DNA from: Octopus bimaculoides
Lineage: Eukaryota
NCBI RefSeq assembly: GCF_001194135.2
Contig: NC_068982.1
Location: 108,873,161 to 108,911,072, forward strand
Direction: 5' to 3'
DNA length: 37,912 bases
The position numbers and the translations under genes are program-made. How positions within the stretch are numbered: the first letter of the stretch is position 1; each line of letters begins with the position of its first letter. Below the pieces are notes generated by a model, which was given only the letters and a program-made list of their open reading frames with translations, was not told the DNA's origin and did not search any database. Positions 13,801 through 24,400 of the stretch are shown one piece after another.

Positions 13801-16800
13801 TACTCATTTACAACTACCACATGCTGTCACAGATACACACACATACATATATGATAGGTTCCTTTCAGTTCTTGTCTACCAGATCCACCCACAAGACTTT
13901 GGTTGACTCAAGGCTATAATAGAAGACACTTTGCCTGAGTTGCCATGCAGCGGGACTGAACTCAGAACAATGTGGCTGGGAAGCAAAGTTCTTACTACAC
14001 AAATGATATGTGGGTGTGCTTAGAATTGTGTTATCTCATAAAGATTAAAACATTAAATTGAATTAAATTAATTTCTTACTTAAATACAAGGCTTGAAACT
14101 TTATGAAAAGGAACAGTCAGTTGTATCAACTTCATTATTTGACTGTATTATATTTATTGACCCTAGAAGAATGAGTGGTAAAGTTAACCATAGCAGGATT
14201 TGAACTCATCAAAATTAAGTTTAATTATTTATAAATAATACGTCTATTATCCGTTCTATAGTATTCAACCATTTTACTCTATATTCTTCACATGATATAT
14301 ACCAGCACTGCTGGACATGATAAAGAGGTGTGCAGATTCTTAAACTTTTACCAGAAGTAAAAGTTTAAGACCACTCTTGTTAAGGAGGTGAAATCGATTC
14401 ACATTCCGCAGTTGTCTGCCTGCCTTTTTTTTTTAACAGAATTAATCATTAAGATAATAATTGGTTCTTATCATTTGGAATGTAACTTTAATTAATTAAA
14501 ATTTAGTGGCCTATGATATCACAATATTATGTTAGCTGTACCAATTGCTTTTAGGCAGTAGATGTTCCTAAGATCTTTTTCCTCCAAGCATTCATCATCA
14601 TCATTTAACACCCATCTTCATGCTGGCATGGACTGGATAATTTGACAGAATCCAATAAGCTGGAGAACTGCATTGACCTCCAATGTCTGCTTTGGCATGG
14701 TTTCTGTGACTGGATGCCCTTCCTAATGCCAACCACTTTACAAAGTGTACTGGGTGCTTTTTTTTTTGACACTGGCACTAGTGAAGTTGCCAAGTAACTT
14801 CCAAAACAAAGAAAAGACCCTTTATTGAGTGGGGCTGTGGTAGAGAAGGAGGTGGTTTTATGCCTGTTGTTAAAAGGCTGAAGTATGACAGACACAGGTG
14901 TCTTGCTAGAGAAGTGATACCTGCATTATATAAGGGTGAGTGGAAGTGGCTGGAGAGAAGACAATGAGGTGGTGACAAGGTATCAGTATACTTACAAGAT
15001 GCAAGAAAGTGAATATAAGAGAGAATACAGACAAAAAATCAGTGGTGGATGTATAGATTCATTTGAGTGTGAGAGGTTCCTAACAAAATATCAACTTTTT
15101 GTTTCTTTCAGAATTACTTATTGAAGCCTTGTTTAAACCTGGTAGTCGTACCATCAACCGTGAGCACAAACCGAAGTATATCTATCTATTAGCATATGCT
15201 GCTAGTGTTAATGATACATACAAAAAAGTGAGTTTTCCCTTCAGATTTTCCTTGATACATTTCTGACAAATTTCTGTGGTATAAATTTAATTGACATTGT
15301 ATTGATCTGTAATATAAGCAACAAAGCTTTAATTAGTTAGAGGGAGGGTAGATTGCTGGTCATTTTTATTATTGAACTTCAAAACATGAAATAAAAAATT
15401 GTGACACAGGATTTTCAACTGAGAAGATAATTAAAATATAACTAAATATTTGAAGATATTTCATCTGATACTCAACTGACTCTGCCATTCATGATCCACT
15501 CATTTCTATATCACATGATCTTGTTAATCATTTATGAGTCTTTATGAAGATTACAATCTAGGTATTAGTGAGAAAAATTTGTGACACAAGTGAAAATGCC
15601 TGCTGGTAAATTTTCTGATTTTCAATGAAGTTTATTCAAATGTCTCTCAAATTGACTCACAAAAATCACTCATATTTTATTATGTGGTCCTTTTATATCA
15701 CTATAACACTTTATTGTTGAACCCCAGATCAGCCCTGATTGAACAAATTTGGTTCAGACTTTAGCATAGTCTTATTTTTAGGCAGTGCGTCTGAGACTAA
15801 ATTATACAATGTATTTTTCACTCTAATTCTTTTAATAACAATCCATCTGAGGTTAATCTTGGTTCTATGATACAAACTTCCTGTTTTAAAGTGATTTAAA
15901 TTAAAAACTTCCATCAAAATTTCACATTAATCTATGTTCCAAACATCAATAAAGAAAGATGTTTTACTAAATGCTTCATTTTAAAAAAAAATTCAATGAA
16001 AAAGAAACTTGTGTATTTCAGCAAAAATATTGTTGTTTAAAGACAGTAGGGTATTATTTTAGGGAGATTTGACTGCTATGTTTAGCACATTGAATGATCA
16101 TGTAGAGGCTTCTTTTGTTGGCTCACACATTTTTTTACTTGTTTATAGACGAGGGTTAAATTTACAGTTATAAGTCTTAGCTGGAAACTTCATCATCATC
16201 TATTTCAAACTGCTAAATGTTTGGCCTAGAACTCAAAAAATATGGTTTGAATTACTAAGAAATGTTAACACTAAATGTTATGTAATATTGTTTCTATTTT
16301 TTAAGGGTGTACGGAAGTATGTTAACAAAGATGAACTGAAACCAACTGTTCAAGCTTTGGAAAAAACCCAGACGTTATGTAGTGAAAATAAAGGTTCATC
16401 GGAATTAATTGCTGATATAAACACGTTGTTCCAATGTATACGGTAAATTTACATGCTTTTTTCTGAAACTTTTATTTGTTTGGTTAGGAAGAAGAACTTG
16501 TTGTCATTGCAGCTCCTCTGAAGGTTGTAAGATTGATGTACTTAATGTTTGTTCTAAATAGTTAATAGCTGCAGGGAAAAACATAGACTGGAAAGGTAAT
16601 TCAGAGGGTCAACATTTAGGAGAAGGATTTTTTTAGTGATAGGAATAGGTTTGGGTGGGACATTATATATGATGAGAGAAGACAAATGAGTTTGGAATTC
16701 TTGGCGTGAACTTGCCAGGTCAGATAAAGAGAGGCTACTGTAGTACAAGTTGGAAAGGTAAAAAAAGGATGCAACAAGCCTGGGCCAGAGGTTGGAATGT

Positions 16801-18366
16801 CTTGATAAGGGACTTCATGCCAATAAATTAGGTGCTCCCTCCCAAACTTTTCAGGGTGGGATGCAGTACTCCATCGTGGGTCTCACTTGACTTTGAAGAG
16901 GATTAGTAGTTTGGTATATTTATTATCATTTTCTGTGATATCATTTTCTGACTAAGCCGAAACTGTGTTGCCATTGGCTTTCATTGTAGTGTTTTATTTG
17001 ATAAAAATTTTACCTGAACCCCAATTACTGAATATGATTGTTCGATAGATGAAAGATTTGACAATCTCATTGTAAGTAGAAATTTTCTAGTCATTGGTAC
17101 TGTACTGTATCCTTTGCTAAAACATTTGTCCATTTTGTTTAACCATTTGACTGTGTAATTAAATTTCATGTTCATTCTGTAATGATGTTATCCACCAAAA
17201 TATAGAATTTATATTTTCTGATTCTGCAATATTTTTTCAGTATCTCCTGTAGGTATGGTTTTCATATCCACCACTAAAAGAATTTGATTCTTGCTCTGTA
17301 AGGAGATCATCATCATCATTTAACGTCCGCTTTCCATGCTAGCATGGGTTGGACGATTTGACTCTGGACTGGCAAGCCAGAAGGCTGCACCAGGCTCCAA
17401 TTTGATCTGGCAGAGTTTCTACAGCTGGATGCCCTTCCTAACGCCAACCACTCCGAGAGTGTGGTGGGTGCTTTTACATGCCACCGGCATGAGGGCCAGT
17501 CACACGGTACTGGCAACGGCCTTGCTCAAAAGTTGTTTTTTACATGCCACCTGCACAGGAGCTAGTGGCACTGGCAACGACATCGCTTGAATGATTTTCT
17601 AACATGCCACCAGCACAAGTGCTTGAAGGTGACGCTGGTAACGATTACGCTCAAATGGTGATATTTACGGGCCACTAGCACGGAGATATTTGATAAAATA
17701 TTTGAAAAAATTAAGAAAATCTACAAACATTCAGTTTGTGTTTTGTATCACAAATTATTTAAATTATGGATAATTAGATGTAAAATTGTTCAAAACTGTT
17801 ACATAATTCATTATCTTTTACAAAACATTGAATTTTATATATATATTGTATATATCTGTGTATCAGTACTAATAATTTATGACTCATATTGATTACATCT
17901 ATGCTGGGTGTCTCTCTAAATAGGTTGTAGAACGATTTCATACATATGATCTTATAGCAGATAGACTAACAATTTGCAATTAATTTTAGTCTGCCACGTT
18001 TATGCATACATAATATGACCATCTACCACATGGTGAAATTTTAACTTACAACTTATACATGGCAGTTGACGGAAGTAGACTGAGATTCAAAGATATGTTT
18101 TATATGACATCTGAAGATCATTTTTACTGTAACTTCTTATTTTATAACCATCATCATCATTATTGTCAATTTGATGTCTATTTTTCCATACCCAAATGAA
18201 TTAAACAAAACTCGCTGAAGAAGATTTTTAATGACTTTTACCTGCTTCCAAGCAAAGTAATATTTCCTCATGGTTGAAAGATTGGGAATGATTAGCAGTG
18301 CTTTTATGTCAGTGGCTCTTGTTCACAACCGTCATGTGATATCAAGACAAGGACATGCGTGCGTGT

Positions 18367-18419
<53 letters not shown>

Positions 18420-21400
18420 TACACTCACATGTGTTTCTTTTATTTTCCCTCTACCTAATCCACTCAAGACTTTGGTTGGTCTCGGGCTGTAGTAGAATAT
18501 ACTTGCCCTCAGTGCCACATAGTGGGACTGAATCTGAAGCCATGAGGTTGTGAAATGAATTTCTTAACTGCACAGCTAAGCTTGCATCATTTAGCATCCA
18601 TTTTCCATGCTGCATGGCTTAGACAGTTTGACTGAATTGATAAGCTGGAGAGATGCACCAGGCTCCAGTCTGCTTTGGCTTGGTTTCTATGGCTGGATGC
18701 CCTTCCTAATGCCAACCACTCCACAGAGTGTACCAGGTGTCTTTTACGTGTCACTGGCACAGGTGCTTTTACATGTCACTGGCATAGGTGCTTCTATGTG
18801 TTGCCATGGCAGATTTTTTGGGCTGTAGATGTAAAAGTCTAGTTAGAAATACCATCAACATTAAATAAATAATGGAGTAATAAATGCAGTAGTTAAGTTC
18901 TACTATTTAATTAAATTAATTATTAAAACTGTTGTAGAATAGTGGCCCAAGGAGAAAAAAAGTTTACCAATCTTCTAGCTATAGCAAACTACTTATCAAC
19001 AAAAAGTAAGTGTGGTGATTATGTTAAGACAAAAGTAACAGGTAAGAGTATGTAGAATTTTATGGAATGAAAAACATTATTATCAGATACTAATTTATCT
19101 CATTAAAAATCAGTAACATCTTTTTATAGAACAGTTTTCTTATATTTTCTTTCTCAACAGGTTTTCAGTAGTGGCAATGGGTGTTCTACGTTGGGTTGAT
19201 TATACAGTATCAGATAAAAGTTATTTCAAACTCAACACTGATCACACTCCTTTACATTTGGTTCTTGTGGATGAGGTAATTTAAACATATTTTTTGGATA
19301 ATTCTTTGTGAATATTAAACATATTGTTGACATTCACAATTGCATATGCTTAATATTCACAAAATATATTTTTGTGATAATTCTTTGTGAATATTTATGA
19401 TTAAATCTATATTCCTTTTGATGATAGTATAAGCTACTGATATGTGACCAGATGTCACTACCATTGAAGAGCAGTGAACTGTTGGTAAAGTGTTGACATA
19501 TAAATAAATGGCTTGACATATGACTCAAGCTGATGAGTTGGAACCAGAACTGTTTTAGTAAGATTATCATGAAGATAATCCATCTATTTGTGTTTCAGAA
19601 ATAAACTGGTTACGTGGTCAAGGTTGTGTATATTATCAAAATGAAATCCTAATTAACTATTCAAGGGCTGTACAATTCACACTGCTAAAATAGTAATCTA
19701 ATGGATAGATATTATCAGTGCAGGAAATGTATTACAGTGACTCATTTGTGTTTCAAGTTCAAGGGAAGTAGTTTGACTATATTCTGCATCTGTATATTTA
19801 TGTGTGTGTGTTTGTGTTTCTTTCTTTCTCAGTCTGCTTGTTTCTCATGCAGTCTCACTTGATCAAGGTCTAAAAATATACCTCAATGTTATCATCATAG
19901 GTATGGGTTGGATGATTTGTCAAAATCCAACATACCAGAAGACTGCATCACTCTCTGAAATCTGCTTTCTATGGTGTGCTAAGAACATTTTTTTTTCTGT
20001 GGCTTCAGCACTAGTGAGGACATCATAAAGCTTGCAACATTAAGATCCCTATTTGCTGAGTGGGACTACAGCAGAAATAGAGGTGGCTTTATGCTAGATG
20101 ATAAAAGTTTAGAGTATAAAAGAAGGGCCAAAGCAAGTTTCTTGTTGAAGAGATACATAGCTGGTTGCATAATAAAAAGGAGAGTGGAAGTAGTCTGTGT
20201 GGAGCTAGAAAGAGAAATAAAGATGGTGGTGACAAGGTATCAAGGTGGGCTCTGGGGGAAGAAGATCAGAAAGGGAGGCTGGATAGCAATTGCAAGTGTG
20301 TATTGAGAAAATAAGGGATGGTGAGAAATGGGTGTATTGAGGGATGGTAAGAAATGGGTGTATCAAGGGATGGTAAAAAATGGGGTTACTCCTTACTCTT
20401 TTACTTGTTTCAGTCATTTGACTGCGGCCATGCTGGAGCACCGCCTTTTTTTTTTTAGTCGAGCAAATCGACCCCAGGACTTATTCTTTGGAAGCCTAGT
20501 ACTTATTCTATCGGTCTCTTTTGCCGAACTGCTAAGTTACGGGGACGTAAACACACCAGCATCGGTTGTCAAGCGATGTTGGGGTGACAAACACAGACAC
20601 AAACATATACACGCACATACATATACATATATACGACAGGCTTCTTTCAGTTTCCATCTACCAAATCCACTCACAAGGCTTTTGGTTAGCCCGAAGCTAT
20701 AGTAGAAGACACTTGCCCAAGGTGTCATGCAATGGGACTGAACCCAGAACCAATTGGTTACATAGAAGGGCAAAGTGATCAATATAAAATGTGAATGATG
20801 CAGGACAATGTAAGAAAAGGGATGGATCTGGGTAGTGAAAAAGATAACTGGTATCATAGAAAAGATGATAAAATATGGCGTTCTACCCACATTTAATTAT
20901 AGCAACATAATATTGCAGTTGGCAAGTGATGGAGAGATCAGTGATAGAGAACGATGGGGTAAAGGGAAGATTTGGTAAGGAAATTAGGCGAGGGATGTTG
21001 TATATATAGACATTGTGTATGCTTTCGGACATTTCGTTTCACCAAGATGGGTGTGTCTTCTCAAGCACCACATATCAACAATTATCCTCGTCCCTTATCA
21101 TCTCCCTGAGATTCAAACTCCTGTTCAAGTTAATTCTGTAAATTTCCAGCTACATTTATGTATTTTAGAACTTTCTGAACTGATTATGTTAGTTAAGAAC
21201 ACCCAATGTATTCTTTCATCTGTATACTGTCATGAGGATGAATTTAATTTTATTCCATTGATTCTTTCACATGCATTTTCTTTCCTTTTCCTGTCTTGTA
21301 AAATTACTTGGAAACCTGACTTGTGACAGTAGCATGAAAAAACACCCAGTCCACTCTGAAAAGTGGTTGGTGTTAGGAAGGGCATCCAGCTATAGGCCCC

Positions 21401-24400
21401 ATGCCAAAACTGACATTTGAGCTCATTTGATCCTGTCAGTCTGTCCATTCCATGCCACAATGGAGAATGAATGTTAAATGATGATGTTGATGATGATAAG
21501 TACTTAGTCAGCTGAACATTTGATGCTTCCTCTAATCTTAATTACTTCTGTATGTCTTGCACACCAGAATTGCCACAATACCCCTACATCCTTTGTATTT
21601 GTTTGTACTCAACATCAAACTCGTTGAGCAATAATTTTCCACATAGTTTCCTCAGCACACTTCAGACTACAGAGATTTTGAAGATCTACTTCTTTGTTAA
21701 ATTTGTATTAACTACTGTTTATTGTGTTCTCCACAGATTGTAACTAGTCACATGCTGCTACATCAGAAAGCTCTTGACCTTTTAATTCGATTATTTGAAG
21801 CCTCTTATGAAGAACTTGATGTTTTAGTTAGAGTAAGTAATTTCTTAGCTCACAGTTTGTTTCTGTTTTCCTTTTCTTATATTATTAAAATGCTCAGCAA
21901 TTGAGCTTATTAATTCTCGTCTGCAAAGTTATCAATCCATATTTTTACCATTGGAAATATATTAAAATATACTTCTGTTTCTGTGTTGAACATGAAAATT
22001 AAATTCCAGTTTGGTTTCATTTATGTAATTTCTCTGCCATGAATGAAATATAATAATATATTTTAGAAATTCTTCTTGTTTTAAATTAAGAAGATTAGAG
22101 GTTTCTGTTTCACTTGTAATTCTTTCTTCTTCAGTTGGAACTAAAGAAAACTGTCCTCGATCGAATGGTGCATGTTTTCAGCCGAGGCTGTGTCATTCCC
22201 GTTGTGAGTTACATAAGAAAGTGTCTTGAGAAACAAGATACTGATATCTCTTTGATACGTCATTTTGTTACGGAGGTATGTTAAAGTGAACTAATTAATT
22301 TTGATTTTCATATCTTTGTAGGTGGTGAAGTGGCACAATCATTAGAACATTGGATAGAATGCCTTGCAATATTTATTCCAACTCTCCATCTCCTTAGTTC
22401 AAATCCCACCAAGATCAACTTTACTTTCATCCTTTTGGGAGGGCGATGGGGTAGCAGAGCTGTAAGAATACCAGATTCAGTGTCTGGTGGTATTTGCTTT
22501 CTGAGTTCTTTGCATTCTGAAAATCCTGCCGCGGCCTATTTGGGTGGTAGACTTAATCCATTGCGCAGATTAACACCACCACCTGGTTCTTTGGGTGCCT
22601 TTTGTGGAGTCCAATTTGAGCAAGCATTTAGGTCAGGTTTCTGGTTTGAGGTTTTCTTCCCTTCATTCCCACCAGTTTCAGAGGCTCTGGAAAGGGCCAT
22701 GTACACTGCTGTTTCTCTTAGTTATAAGATGAATACAAAATAATAAAAAGAAAAAAAACATGAAAACAAGAAATCCTCTTCATCATCATTCTTTTTATGT
22801 CATGTTTTTCATTCTGGTATGGGTTGGACAGGATGTTTTGAGATAGTGTTTTATGGCCAGATGCCTTTCTTGATGTCAATTTTTGTGACACAGGAAATTG
22901 TGTATTTATTTTAAAAGTCAATATATCCATGATCAATTTTAAAAATATATAAATCATATTTCTATCTGTCCTTTAATATATTGTGACCTTTTAATTGGAA
23001 AGTTGTGTAACATATGTTTAAATGTGTGGTTAAGAAGTTTGCTTCCCAGCTACATGTTTCCAGGTTCACCCACTGCATAGCACTTTGAGTAAGTGTCCTC
23101 TGCTATAGCCCCAGGCCCACCAAAGCTTGTGAGTTGATTTGGTAGATAAAAACCGAATGTGTGTGTGTGAGTATCTGTCTGCATGTGTGAATGAAAGGCT
23201 AAGTTGACCTCATTGAAATCTGAACTTGGTGCAGAGTCAGAATGAATTCTATAAAGCATTCCTTCTAATGCTCTGGTGACTCCAGTGTGTCCTTAGTCTT
23301 TTTTTTTTTAAGGCAGTAAAATGTGCTTTGAGGTAGATCTGGCTACTATCTCTAGCAGGTCAAGCGACTATGTAGAAGTGCCCTCATTAGCTCATTTAAA
23401 GAATGTTTACCCTTTTCCTGAGCATGTTTTATATAATCTATTTCCTACATGTTTCTTGGAGAGATTTAGCAAAATAACCAACTCTAATCCTTATTAAGCT
23501 GATGTTCAAGAAAAAGTCTCACATTAGATTATAATAGGATGTTGTAATTTCAGTATGAACACTTTAAAAGGAGGCTTTATATCAGAACTAGATGCAGTCT
23601 CAAGTGGGTGGATGTTATCAAAAAGGTTAATAAAAAATCTTCCATTGCTGGCTATTACAATCCATATCTTGTTACTTAATAAGAGCTTTCCAGAATATTC
23701 AGTCTATTGCAATAGTTTCTTCATTTTTCAATGACCTAATAGAAAAATGATTGTTGAGTTGATATAAATGTAAAATAGTTGATAAAATCTCAAATGCTAT
23801 TGCTAGAAAAAGTTATTTCTTTATATTCTTTTATATTTTTAGAAGCATTGTTACTGTAAGCCTAGAATACTGAATGACTGATCACAGTATGGTCCTATTA
23901 TAACAAAGCAAATACCTTAAATAATTTAATCTCTCTAAATTCTATTTATTCATCATGGTTGAGATGTCATGTGAAAATATTTGTCTCAATTATTCAGTTA
24001 CACTTTAACATTTTTGAATTGTTGGCAAATCAGTTGAGTTTTTAGAAAGTCAAAAAGAATGCCTCATAGTATTTGTCCAACTCCCTGCTTTCTGAGTTCA
24101 AATCCCATCAAAGTCGACTTTGCTTCATCTTTTCACGGTCAATAAAAAAAATAGTACCAATCCTAGGTTGTGGATTGGCAAAACTGCATAAGAATATTGG
24201 ATTGAATGCCTTGCAGTATTCATGCCTGCTCTTTGTGTTGTGAATGTAAATCCCATCTTGGGTTGTAAACTTAATCCATTGCCCAGTTTAATAACACCAC
24301 TTGGTAATTTGGGTACTGTTAATGGAGTTCACTCTGATGAAAGCTTTCAGGTCAGGTTGCTAATTGAAGTATATCTTCTTCTTCACTGTTCTACCAGTCT

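Noticed and set aside
19161-19168. Alternative acceptor TTTTCAG inside exon j as the true site
   Set aside because: It shifts the frame and destroys the VVAMGVL match.
23024-23110. tRNA genes
   Set aside because: Only degenerate tRNA-like SINE heads are present; I could not fold a cloverleaf with an anticodon arm.
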